64,000 nt of DNA, from positions 7,209-71,208 of the forward strand of contig CAVOUJ010000017.1 of NCBI GenBank assembly GCA_963699535.1, given 5' to 3'. A model generated the notes under the pieces. It had not been told where the DNA came from. It saw only the letters and a list, made by a program, of their open reading frames with translations, and ran no database searches. Positions 19,128 to 27,869 of this stretch are shown here, one piece after another. Each line of letters opens with the position of its first letter. The stretch's first letter is position 1. The translations under genes were made by a program, and so were the position numbers. The stretch is from an uncultured beta proteobacterium. Lineage in GTDB: Bacteria; Pseudomonadota; Gammaproteobacteria; Burkholderiales; SG8-39.

Positions 19128-19757
19128 ATGTCGGCCGGACAAGTCGGACGTCTACTTCGTGTTCACCTTACTGTTCCCCTATGGTTGGGCCTATTGTTGG
19201 GAGCCGGACTACTCATCGGTCTTTACTTCGCATTCCCGGAAAACCAAGAGCACATTAAGTTCGTAACGGCCGTAATTGCCGCTGCGGTCGCCATCTATAG
19301 CGTCTACTATGCCGGTGCCGGTTTGAAACTGAAGATCGAGCGGGACCGTCAACACTCAAGTTTTGAGCTAATTCAGCTTCTGAATCGCCCTGAATACGTC
19401 CAAGTACGCAATTTCGTCGATCAGACTGTAGATGGTCTCGAGCGCATCTCGGATGGAGAGCTGTATAAGAAGATATGCGACGACGCCAAGCTCGATGACG
19501 CCGTCACTGCAACGTTAGGAATCCTTGAGGACGCCTCCCTTGCCGTTCAGTTCCAGTACGCCGACGAAGATGTCCTGTATCACTCGCTGTTCACCATTGT
19601 CGACCGCTTATCGCGAGGCTTAAGGGGATACATCGAGCAATTGCGCAAGACTCGAGGGTCGTCAGCGTACTTTGCGGAGTTTGAAAAATTGGCCCGCGCT
19701 TGGTCTGGGCTACGGCGCCTTTCTGACGGTGGGCCGATTAGAAGGCTCGCCCAATGA
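19128..19757 (+). CDS. DUF4760-like membrane protein (209 aa)
   Basis: ATG 19128 is preceded by GAGGGGGG. There are two N-terminal TM helices. The middle reads ..ATLGILEDASLAVQFQYADEDVLYHSL.. and the tail reads ..SSAYFAEFEKLARAW... Both resemble my memory of DUF4760 proteins. This is not verified by any search. Confidence 0.45.
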   Translation: MSAGQVGRLLRVHLTVPLWLGLLLGAGLLIGLYFAFPENQEHIKFVTAVIAAAVAIYSVYYAGAGLKLKIERDRQHSSFELIQLLNRPEYVQVRNFVDQTVDGLERISDGELYKKICDDAKLDDAVTATLGILEDASLAVQFQYADEDVLYHSLFTIVDRLSRGLRGYIEQLRKTRGSSAYFAEFEKLARAWSGLRRLSDGGPIRRLAQ

Positions 19758-19907
19758 CGAAGTGGCGCGCGTTTTATTGCGTCCGTCCGTGTTGCGCGCA
19801 TAGGGCCGCGATCAAGACTTCGAGCCTCGCCTCATTCACCACCTCGAACCGCGGCGATTCCGAAGGGTAACCTTACAGGGTCCCGTACACACCTCGGTAG
19901 CCATTCT

Positions 19908-20528
19908 ATGGATGCAGCATCGCCAGAGCTCGTTGCGGTTGTACGAGAGGACTTGAACTATCTAGTGACTGATTGGCCCACCGGAGACATAGGAGATGAT
20001 GAGATCAGGCGCAATAGCGCTGTACTGCGCCGGTTGTTCACTTATCGGGACCTAATCAAGGTCTGGATCACCGTGGTGGGCAAGAAGGACTTCTTGGTAC
20101 CAAGCTCCTTTATTCACGTGACCGATGTTAACCGACTGAAGGAAGTTACCTTCGCTACTTCCAGTCCAGTGCAAGACGTAGGAATGAACCTCCTCGCGGC
20201 CATAGAATTCAACAAGATTCAGGACGGCGCAGCGCCCATATCGTTCAAACACGAGGTAGCACCGCTAAAGCGCTACCTCAACCAGCCGGCCTGCGTTTTT
20301 TCTGGCGTGCTCATCACCCGAGACGAGTTAGTTCGGTTCGTGACGAACAAACTTGGTAGCGCGCACTTCGATGACGGGCGACACAAACCCGACGAACGCC
20401 CCATCCAGGCCATGACGCAGTACTCGATCGGTAACCGCCCGGCGCTTATTCGCGAAATGCTTTCCTGTGGTCAAGTATTGGCGGCATCCGAATCCACGAA
20501 GGAATTGATTGCGGCGCTAAGGAGATAG
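19908..20528 (+). CDS. Hypothetical cytoplasmic protein (206 aa)
   Basis: Intact ORF with about 45% GC and no TM or signal sequence. It lies 150 nt downstream of the DUF4760-like gene on the same strand. The only motif-like string I noted is VTNKLGSAHFD. Confidence 0.5.
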   Translation: MDAASPELVAVVREDLNYLVTDWPTGDIGDDEIRRNSAVLRRLFTYRDLIKVWITVVGKKDFLVPSSFIHVTDVNRLKEVTFATSSPVQDVGMNLLAAIEFNKIQDGAAPISFKHEVAPLKRYLNQPACVFSGVLITRDELVRFVTNKLGSAHFDDGRHKPDERPIQAMTQYSIGNRPALIREMLSCGQVLAASESTKELIAALRR

Positions 20529-20649
20529 GATGGCCAACATTTCGCCCCGCCCGGACGCGCGCGAGCGACGTAGCCTTTGACCGCGCCAACCATGCGCTCC
20601 GCAAGCGCCTTAGCTTTGGGAGACGGCGAAGATGATTTGGCCATGGGTT

Positions 20650-21573
20650 TCAGGCCCGCAATTTCACGACCTGCCCGCTCCGATCGCGCACCGATGGCAA
20701 TGCCGGCGGTTCTATGCCTAAGTGGGCCCGCAAAAGGTTGTCGGCGCAAGCCTCAGCCGCCTCGCGTAGTTTCGCCTTGAGCAACTTGCCGTTCGTTTGG
20801 AGCTCTTCCATCATTATTTGGTCGGGCCTTTGCTGTCCCATCGTGGGATGCGGTTTTCTCCTCTCATCGAAGTCGGGCACTTCGGAGACGCGCACCTCGG
20901 CGAACCCTCGGCAGGGTCGCCGCCAAATCACGACCGAGTCCGAGAGGCGGAACAGGCGGATTGCCGCCTCGTACACCACGCGGGCGGTACTGTCGAGCGC
21001 CCATCGGGTGGTCTGGACCTCAAGGACAATACTGTTCGGGAAAGTTTCCTTGAGGGTGTTGTTGAGCCTCAATCGGCTCAACCGGACTTCGTCTTCGGGC
21101 CCGCAGACAGTTCCGGGCGAAGGCACACATGGCGGCGCTTCCTTATCCCAGTCTGGTTTCCAGGCTGCTTTGCCATCCCAAAAGCCCCGCTTCCGGATGG
21201 TTTCAGAATAGGTTTCGAGAGCGATCTTGAGGTTCTGCGGGTACTCCGATGCCGGGCGCACATTCGTAAGCTTGAAGTTCGTCTGGAGCGCGTTCACGAA
21301 CCGTTCCTTGAAATACGGGGCCGGATCCTCCAGCCGCATGTCGCCCTCCAGCCTCGCGGCCTCAGACACTGCTAGTGGTATCGCGACGAGCGGCGCCCCG
21401 AACCCGTAGCTAAGCGTAAAGATCGCGCTTGGTGGGTGGTGGATCGCGATGAAGTGCGGGTACGAGGAAAGCGAGAGCGGATCGTTAGGCGTCACGGGGC
21501 GCTGTTTGCCAGCGCAGCCTGACAGGACTATTAGCGTCGCAACGACCATCGCGTTTCTGGCAATTGGTTTCAT
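20650..21573 (-). CDS. Hypothetical lipoprotein (307 aa)
   Basis: The signal and lipobox are VVATLIVLSGC|AG. I recognise no family. It is convergent with the 206-aa gene. Confidence 0.55.
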   Translation of the reverse strand: MKPIARNAMVVATLIVLSGCAGKQRPVTPNDPLSLSSYPHFIAIHHPPSAIFTLSYGFGAPLVAIPLAVSEAARLEGDMRLEDPAPYFKERFVNALQTNFKLTNVRPASEYPQNLKIALETYSETIRKRGFWDGKAAWKPDWDKEAPPCVPSPGTVCGPEDEVRLSRLRLNNTLKETFPNSIVLEVQTTRWALDSTARVVYEAAIRLFRLSDSVVIWRRPCRGFAEVRVSEVPDFDERRKPHPTMGQQRPDQIMMEELQTNGKLLKAKLREAAEACADNLLRAHLGIEPPALPSVRDRSGQVVKLRA

Positions 21574-21740
21574 TAGTGAGACTCCTTTCCTTGCCGCTTG
21601 CCGACACTGCGCTTGCCGGTGCTTCTGGCAGAGTGGTACAGATGTACCGAAAGGACGGGCCCTGCTGGCCCTAAAACCAGAACGGTTTCAGTGCTTCCTA
21701 TTTGCAGGTCATACTACTCCCTATGGGTGCCGATTCAACA

Positions 21741-21756
21741 TCCCATGATCATGGGA
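21741..21756. promoter_or_regulatory. Perfect 16-bp palindrome TCCCATGATCATGGGA upstream of the cytochrome c gene (possible operator)
   Basis: The sequence is self-complementary over 16/16 positions. It ends 33 nt before ATG 21789. A second inverted repeat, GGTACA-GA-TGTACC, lies at 21635-21648. Confidence 0.3.
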
Positions 21757-21788
21757 GGTATCCAACAGGTTCCGCAGAGGAGACATCG

Positions 21789-22676
21789 ATGAAGCGATAC
21801 CTGAAATGGGGCGTTCTCGTCGCATTGATCCTGGTCCTTGCGCTGGGCGCTCTCGTTGCGACCGGCTTGATCCTGGGCGAGCAGCGCGCTGCCCGCCGTA
21901 TCGGTATCACCGTGGCGCCGGTGTCGCTGCGCAGCGATGCCGAGGCGGTCGAGCGCGGTCGCTATCTGTACAGCTCGCGCGGATGCGTGGACTGCCACGG
22001 TGACAACGGCGGCGGCGCCACGCTGGCCGATGACGGCAAGGGTCTAAAACTGGCGGGCCCGAATCTCACGGCAGGCAATCCGCGCATGGCCTCCTACCAA
22101 GCGGTGGACTGGGTGCGCAGCATCCGCCATGGCGTGGGCGCCGACGGGCGCGCGCTGCGCCTGATGCCCAGCGAGGACTACAACCGCCTGACGAACGACG
22201 ACCTGGCCGGCATCGTGGCCTATGTGCGCCAGCTCGCGCCGCAGACCGGCCGCGAGCTGGGAATCATCCAGCTGCCGCTGCCCGGCCGCGTGATGTACGG
22301 TCTGGGCGCCATTCCCGAGGCCGTGACCAAGATCGACCACAGCCTGCCGCCCGCCAAGCCGGTACCCGAAGGCGTGACTGTCGAGCACGGACGCTACGTC
22401 GCGCAGATGTGCGCCGGCTGCCACGGCGCGCGTCTGCAGGGCGGCAAGATCCCCGGCGCCCCGCCCGACTGGCCGGCCGCCGCGCGCCTTGCCCCCGGAG
22501 AAGGCAGCGTGATGCCCCGCTACAAGGACGCCGAAGCTTTCGTGGCCATGATGCGCAGCGGCAAGCGCGCCGACGGCAGCGCCATCGCCGTGATGCCCTT
22601 CGCCTCGCTCAAGACCATGAGCGACACCGACCTGCGCGCACTGCACTTGTACCTGGCGAAGCCAGCTTCCCCTTAG
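21789..22676 (+). CDS. Membrane-anchored dihaem c-type cytochrome
   Basis: An internal ATG 21789 (SD GAGGAGA) opens MKRYLKWGVLVALILVLALGALVATGL (a TM anchor). There are two CxxCH motifs, CVDCH and CAGCH. Confidence 0.75.
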   Translation: MKRYLKWGVLVALILVLALGALVATGLILGEQRAARRIGITVAPVSLRSDAEAVERGRYLYSSRGCVDCHGDNGGGATLADDGKGLKLAGPNLTAGNPRMASYQAVDWVRSIRHGVGADGRALRLMPSEDYNRLTNDDLAGIVAYVRQLAPQTGRELGIIQLPLPGRVMYGLGAIPEAVTKIDHSLPPAKPVPEGVTVEHGRYVAQMCAGCHGARLQGGKIPGAPPDWPAAARLAPGEGSVMPRYKDAEAFVAMMRSGKRADGSAIAVMPFASLKTMSDTDLRALHLYLAKPASP

Positions 22677-22795
22677 GGCAGGGATGTTCGGGGGAAGCTT
22701 TGACCGTTTTGATACTGTTGCAACTCAGTATTTGCAGATGGCGGGGCAACTAAATTGGTTCTGAGGTCTACCCCCCATGAGCTGGAGGAGCGTAA

Positions 22796-23194
22796 ATGAA
22801 AATTACTGTCACTTATTGGATCAGCACCGGATTGCTAGTACTTCTGTACTTTGCTGGCGCAGCCTTCTATTTACTCCAGCACGACTCAGTGGTTGCAGCA
22901 CTTGGTGCCCTAGGCTATCCAGCATACCTTGCGACCTTGTTGCCGGTCGTCAAAATATTGGGACCATTGGCCATCCTGGTGCGTAAGTGGATTGCACTTA
23001 GCGACCTCGCTTATGCCGGCATGTTTTTCCATCTTATTCTTGCTGCGTCAGCGCATATGAACGCAGGGGATGGCGGTTATCCTCCCGCTATCGTTGGATT
23101 AGCCGTGTTGATCGTATCGTTCTTTACTCAGAATGCTGTTCGCAAGGGTAAATCCCCTCACGCGGGAACCCGATTTGGAGTGGCAAGTTCATAG
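22796..23194 (+). CDS. DoxX-family small membrane protein
   Basis: 132 aa with four predicted TM helices (WISTGLLVLLYFAGAAFYLL.., ..ILGPLAILV.., ..AYAGMFFHLILAA.., ..AIVGLAVLIVSFF). GC is about 50%. Confidence 0.65.
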   Translation: MKITVTYWISTGLLVLLYFAGAAFYLLQHDSVVAALGALGYPAYLATLLPVVKILGPLAILVRKWIALSDLAYAGMFFHLILAASAHMNAGDGGYPPAIVGLAVLIVSFFTQNAVRKGKSPHAGTRFGVASS

Positions 23195-23251
23195 ATATCC
23201 GGGGGCAAGGCGACCCGGAACATCTCCTCTTGTTGTTCGGGCGCCCCTCCT

Positions 23252-23968
23252 ATGGATCCTCAGCTTAGGTCGCTGTTCGAGGCCGCGACGCGGCCCTATA
23301 TCGCGGCGGGACGCTACGCGTGGCATTTCACCCGGGGGAAGCTGCGCCACGACCCGGTGTTCTTTTCCCTCCTGCGCCACGGCTTTCTGCCGGACCGGGG
23401 AGCCTTGCTCGACCTGGGCTGCGGCCAGGGCATTCTGTTGTCGCTGCTCAAGGCGGCGAAGGAGCAGTACCAGGCCGGGGTGTGGCCGCGAGATTGGCCC
23501 AGCGCCTCCGCTGAATCTGCACCTGCTGGGCATCGAGCTGAGCGAGCGCCGGGTGCGGGCGGCGCGCTGCGCGCTCGGCGAGCGGAGCACAGGTGGTTCA
23601 AGGCGATCTGCGTCATCGGGAATTGCCGCCGTGCTTCGGCAGTCGACGATGCTCGACGTACTGTTCTATCTGGAGAAAGACAGAGCAGCAGCGCGTGCTC
23701 GACAAGGCTGCGGGTGCGCTCGAGCCCGGCGGCCTGTTATTGGTGCGCGAGACCGATGCCGACGGTGGCTTCGAGATTCGCGATGAGCCGGTGGAGCGAG
23801 CGCTTCGCGGCCGCACTTCGCGGCGATTTCCGGCAGCGGGAGCATTACCGCAGCGCCGCCGAGTGGACTGCGGAGTTGGAGAGCCGCGGTTTTTCCCTGG
23901 ACGTTCAGCCGATGAGCGCGGGCACGCCGTTCGCCAACTTCCTGTTCGTGGCCCGGAAGGTCAGCTAG
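23252..23968 (+). pseudogene. Class I SAM-dependent methyltransferase, at least 4 frame changes
   Basis: The text passes through all three frames (track ORFs 23252..23968, 23133..23786, 23593..24051): LLDLGCGQGILL (motif I), then LHLLGIELSERRV.., then ..QQRVLDKAAGALEPGGLLLVRE.., then ..YRSAAEWTAELESRGFSLDVQPM... Confidence 0.6.
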
Positions 23969-24598
23969 CGTCGAGTTGCTTGGAGGGCTGCGCCTGGATG
24001 AAAGGCTCGAGCTTCATGCACGCCTCGTGTATCCGCATGACCGTCGGGTAGGGCTTCAGATCGCAGTTGTAGCGCTGCGCATTGAACACCTGCGGCACGA
24101 GGCAGCAGTCGGCCATAGTGATCTCGTCGCGAAAGCAGAATCTCCCGTGTTTGCCGTGTTCGGCGAGGAACGACTCCATTATCCGGAATCCGTCGGCGAT
24201 CCAGTGGCGGTACCACGTATTCACGCTCTCCTCGTCCAGCTTGTATGCCGCGCGGATGTGCTTCAGCGTGCGCTGTTGTTGAGCGGATGGATCTCGCAGG
24301 CGATGATCTGCGAAAACGCGCGGACGTAGTGCCGGTTGATCGGGTCCGCGGGTAGCAGCTTCGGCCCGGGATGCGCCTCGTCCAGGTATTCGATGATCGC
24401 AAGCGACTGGGTGAGAATGTGTCCCGCGTCGTCGAGCGCCGGGACCAGGCCTTGGGAGTTGATCGCCTTGTATTTCGCCTCAAGGTGCTCGGCCTTGGGC
24501 AGGCTGACGAGCGCCGGCTCGTACTCGAGGCCCTTGTAGTTCAGCGCGATCCGCACGCGAAACGAGGCCGAAGACCGGGAAAAAGTGTAGAGCTTCAT
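23961..24598 (-). pseudogene. maiA: Maleylacetoacetate isomerase (GST zeta), one frameshift near 24272
   Basis: The N-terminal part is ORF 24263..24598 (MKLYTFSRSSASFRVRIALNYKGL..GLVPAL..QSLAIIEYLDE). The C-terminal part is in the frame of ORF 23961..24224 (..NTWYRHWIADGF..ITMADCCLVPQVFNAQRY..). The join at ..HPLNN|QRTLKHI.. needs a 1-nt shift. Confidence 0.75.
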
Positions 24599-24608
24599 CG
24601 CGGGCAGG

Positions 24609-24860
24609 TTACCCGAAGCGGAGTTTCATCGCCAGCACGGTCCCGGCGAGGACGAGCGTCACGCCGTTGCAGACGATGATCGGCCAGGCCCCGAGCAGAA
24701 GCCCGTAGACGAACCAAAGCGCCACGCCGGACGTGAAGATCAGATACATCGACAGCGACAGGTCGCGCGCCGATCGCGTCTGCCAGATGCGCCACACCTG
24801 GGGAACGAAGGCGAGGGTGGTGAGCGCGCCGGCTAGAGCGCCGATCAGATCGTTGTTCAT
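24609..24860 (-). CDS. SemiSWEET / PQ-loop family small transporter (83 aa)
   Basis: MNNDLIGALAGALTTLAFVPQVWRIWQTRSARDLSLSMYLIF.. has three TM helices and a PQ motif. Only the last 83 codons of track ORF 24609..25451 are credible. Confidence 0.6.
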   Translation of the reverse strand: MNNDLIGALAGALTTLAFVPQVWRIWQTRSARDLSLSMYLIFTSGVALWFVYGLLLGAWPIIVCNGVTLVLAGTVLAMKLRFG

Positions 24861-24862
24861 GT

Positions 24863-26494
24863 TCAAGCCTTGCCCTTCCTTTGTTCTTCCCGCATTCGCA
24901 GGACGCGCCGCTGCACCTTGCCTGTCGTAGTCATCGGCAGGGCATCGATGAACTCTATTTCCTTGGGATACTCGTAAGGGGCGAGCTTGCCGCGCACGTG
25001 CTGCTGCAATTCCGCTTCCAGCTCGGCCGAGGGACGGTAGCCCGGCGTGAGCACGATGAAGGCTTTCACGACATTGGTGCGCTCCGGATCGGGGCTTCCC
25101 ACCACCGCGGCATTGGCCACCGCGGGATGCTTGACCAGGCAGTTTTCGATTTCCGATGGGCCGATGCGGTAGCCTGAGCTCTTGAACATGTCGTCGGCCC
25201 GGCCCTGGTACCAGAAATCTCCGTCCGCATCGCGCCTGGCGAGGTCCCCTGTCCGGCACCACTTGCCGGTATATTTTTTTCGCGTCGCTTCGGGATTCTT
25301 CCAGTATTCGAGGAAAAATACCGGATCGCCCTCGTCCCAGGCCGCCACTTCCCCTATCTCGCCGACCGGGACCTCGTTGCCCGCGTCGTCGATGCAGGCG
25401 ACCCGATGGCCCGGGTACGGCCGTCCGATCGAGCCTGGCTTGGCGGGCCACAGGGTGTGCGAATTGCCGACGATGTAGTTGATCTCGGTCTGGCCAAACA
25501 TCTCGTTGACCGTCGCGCCGAGCGCCTCGCGGCTCCAGGCGAATACCGTCTCGCCCACCGATTCTCCGGCGCTCATGATCGAGCGCAGGGAAATCCCGTA
25601 TCGCTCCTTCGGCCGCGGCACCGCCTTCATCATCATCTTGAGCGCGGTCGGAAAGAGAAAAGTGTTGCGCACGCCGTATTTCTGCATCAGCCAGAACGCC
25701 TTTTCGGGATCGAAGCGGCCGCGGTAGCCGAGAATCGGAGTGCCGAAATACAACGACGGGAGGAGCGCATCCATCAGGCCGCCGGTCCAGGCCCAGTCCG
25801 CCGGAGACCAGAAAAAATCGCCGCCTCGAGGAAAGAGATCGTGGGAGTGCACGAAGCCCGGGATGTTTCCGAGGAGCACGCGCTGCGGCATGAGCGCGCC
25901 CTTGGGGGGGCCGGTCGTGCCGCTGGTGTAGATGAGGAGCGCCGGTTCGTCCGCGGCGGTATCGACCGGAGAGAAGCTGGACGACGCGTTTTCAAGGAGG
26001 GTTTCCCAGGGCCGCACCCAGGATTCGCTGGCGCCCGCGACACCGATGACGGATTTCAGCATCGGAAGCTTGTCGTGAATCTGGGCGAGGTTGGGCAGCG
26101 ACGCGGGATCGACGAGTGCAGCGACCGCTTCACTATCCTGGAGCCGGTACTCCAGCGCCTCCGGACCGAAGAGCACCGAAAGGGGCATCGCCACAGCGCC
26201 CATCTGGTAGCAGGCAAGGTGTGCTATTGCCGTTTCGATGCGCTGCGGAAGGATGACGGCGATACGCTCGCCGCGCTTGATGCCCAGGCCCAAGAGCGCG
26301 TTCGAGAGCCGGTTTGCCTCCTGCTGCAGATCCCAGAAGCTGCGTACCGCGGTGGCCCCGCCCTCGTCCTCCCAGTAGAGAGCGACGCGGCTGCGGTCCC
26401 GCGCGTGCTGGCCGCAGCAGGCGGCAGCCATGTTGAAGCGCGCCGGCACCTGCCATTTGAAGCCGTCATAGACCTCGCGATAACGATCCGGCAT
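24863..26494 (-). CDS. AMP-dependent synthetase/ligase (acyl-CoA synthetase family)
   Basis: The AMP-binding motif is LLIYTSGTTGPPKG, followed by ..YGQTE.. and a C-terminal ..LPMTTTGKVQRRVLR. The start is at internal Met 26494 (MPDRYREVYDGFKW..). Confidence 0.85.
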   Translation of the reverse strand: MPDRYREVYDGFKWQVPARFNMAAACCGQHARDRSRVALYWEDEGGATAVRSFWDLQQEANRLSNALLGLGIKRGERIAVILPQRIETAIAHLACYQMGAVAMPLSVLFGPEALEYRLQDSEAVAALVDPASLPNLAQIHDKLPMLKSVIGVAGASESWVRPWETLLENASSSFSPVDTAADEPALLIYTSGTTGPPKGALMPQRVLLGNIPGFVHSHDLFPRGGDFFWSPADWAWTGGLMDALLPSLYFGTPILGYRGRFDPEKAFWLMQKYGVRNTFLFPTALKMMMKAVPRPKERYGISLRSIMSAGESVGETVFAWSREALGATVNEMFGQTEINYIVGNSHTLWPAKPGSIGRPYPGHRVACIDDAGNEVPVGEIGEVAAWDEGDPVFFLEYWKNPEATRKKYTGKWCRTGDLARRDADGDFWYQGRADDMFKSSGYRIGPSEIENCLVKHPAVANAAVVGSPDPERTNVVKAFIVLTPGYRPSAELEAELQQHVRGKLAPYEYPKEIEFIDALPMTTTGKVQRRVLRMREEQRKGKA

Positions 26495-26542
26495 ACGGGC
26501 CCCGAGTATACTCGGGCTTCTTGCCGATTCTCGGGAGGTGGT

Positions 26543-27223
26543 TTGCCTTCGCTGCGCGCGCTCGTCTTCGATGCCTATGGCACGCTTTTCGACGTGCATT
26601 CCGTCGTCGCGCTTTGCGACGAGCTCTGGCCGGGCAAGGGCGCTGCCTTGAGCCAGTTATGGCGCACGAAGCAGCTCGAGTACACCTGGCAGCGCAGCCT
26701 GATGCGCCGCTACGAGGACTTCGACCGCGTCACCGAAGCCGGACTGTACTACGCCTGCGCGGCGCTCGGACTTGTGCTCGACGATGCCCAACGCCGCAGG
26801 CTCATGGACGCCTACCTGAAGCTCGCGACCTTCCCGGAAGTCGCAAGGGTCCTCGCCGAGCTGAAATCCATGAAGCTCAGGACTGCCATCCTGTCCAACG
26901 GCTCGCCCGCGATGCTGCGGCCTGTCGTATCCAATGCGGGCCTTCGCAGCCTCATTCCGACGGTGATCAGCGTCGATCCCGGGAAAATCTACAAACCCGC
27001 GCCCGCCGTATACCGGCTCGCGGTGGAGAAGCTACGCGTGCCCAAGGCGGCGATAGGATTTGTTTCGAGCAACTGCTGGGACGCCTGCGGGGCGAAGTCC
27101 TTCGGCTTTCGCGTGTTCTGGATCAACCGCACCGGGGCGCCCGTCGACGAGCTGGATGCGGCACCCGACTACACCATTCGGAGCCTCGATGAGCTTCCGG
27201 CTCTGGTGCGCCGTCCAACGTAG
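26543..27223 (+). CDS. Haloacid dehalogenase, type II (HAD superfamily)
   Basis: The N-terminus is LPSLRALVFDAYGTLFDV (the DxYGT nucleophile motif), followed by ..WRTKQLEYTW.. and ..ILSNG... There is no ATG. TTG at 26543 is preceded by GGGAGG. Confidence 0.8.
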   Translation: MPSLRALVFDAYGTLFDVHSVVALCDELWPGKGAALSQLWRTKQLEYTWQRSLMRRYEDFDRVTEAGLYYACAALGLVLDDAQRRRLMDAYLKLATFPEVARVLAELKSMKLRTAILSNGSPAMLRPVVSNAGLRSLIPTVISVDPGKIYKPAPAVYRLAVEKLRVPKAAIGFVSSNCWDACGAKSFGFRVFWINRTGAPVDELDAAPDYTIRSLDELPALVRRPT

Positions 27224-27227
27224 CGGC

Positions 27228-27779
27228 ATGTCTTTCCCTCCGATGAACTTCTGCTCGAGCTGCGGCGCCCGGGTCAGCTTGCGCATTCCGCCCGAGGACA
27301 CCGTTCCGCGTCACGTCTGCGACAGCTGCGGGACGATCCATTATCGCAATCCGCTCGTGGTAGTCGGTACCATCCCCGAGTGGGAGGAGCGGATCCTGCT
27401 GTGCCGGCGCGCCATCGAGCCGCGTCACGGATATTGGACGCTTCCCGCCGGATTCATGGAACTGGGCGAGACGACCGCGCAGGCGGCGCTGCGCGAAACC
27501 CTGGAGGAAGCCAGAGCGCGCGTCGAGCTCGGCGAAGTCTTCACGCTTCTTTCCGTCCCGCACGTGAACCAGGTGCACCTGTACTACCGCGCCCGGCTGC
27601 TCGACCAGGAGTTCGCCGCAGGCGAGGAAACCCTGGAAGTGAGGCTATTCGGCGAAAGCGAGATTCCCTGGGACGCAATCGCCTTCCGCACGATCTCGAC
27701 GACGCTGCGGCACTTCTTCTCCGACAGGAAAGCAGGCCGGTTCCGCCTTCACGCCGGAGAGATCCTTCCGCCGAAGTGA
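27228..27779 (+). CDS. NUDIX hydrolase with N-terminal zinc ribbon
   Basis: CSSCG...CDSCG forms the zinc ribbon. The Nudix box is GFMELGETTAQAALRETLEEARA. ATG 27228 lies just after the HAD gene stop. Confidence 0.75.
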   Translation: MSFPPMNFCSSCGARVSLRIPPEDTVPRHVCDSCGTIHYRNPLVVVGTIPEWEERILLCRRAIEPRHGYWTLPAGFMELGETTAQAALRETLEEARARVELGEVFTLLSVPHVNQVHLYYRARLLDQEFAAGEETLEVRLFGESEIPWDAIAFRTISTTLRHFFSDRKAGRFRLHAGEILPPK

Positions 27780-27869
27780 CAGCGCCCTGCACCGCGCGAT
27801 GAACGGTGCGAGGCGTCCGTTCCATCGCGCGGAGTAAACCGGCGCTGCGTCAGGCGACGTCCGGATTTA

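Larger units (their letters stand above)
17491..23200. other. Low-GC accessory island adjacent to tRNA-Arg (no integrase detected; mosaic composition)
   Basis: Hand-counted GC per 60-nt line is 53% at 18301, 48% at 19201, 45% at 20101 and 53% at 22861. The one flank line I counted (16201) is 60%, and the rest of the core looks about 65-70% by eye. The island contains five orphan ORFs, a high-GC dihaem cytochrome c gene and a low-GC DoxX gene. The right boundary is approximate. Confidence 0.5.

Noticed and set aside
20471-20749. 92-aa minus-strand ORF (internal MAKSSSPSPKAKALAERMVG..) in a GC-richer patch between the convergent island genes
   Set aside because: It overlaps the 3' ends of both neighbours, has no convincing SD, and contains nothing I recognise. 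It is possibly a gene relic, but that is not supportable.
17491-23250. Search for an integrase, a transposase or a direct repeat of the tRNA-Arg 3' end marking island boundaries
   Set aside because: No ORF has integrase or transposase character, and I could not find a second copy of ..TTCGATTCGTCTCTGGGGCGCCA or a substantial part of it by eye. The island is therefore not called a mobile element. A proper repeat search could still find short att remnants.
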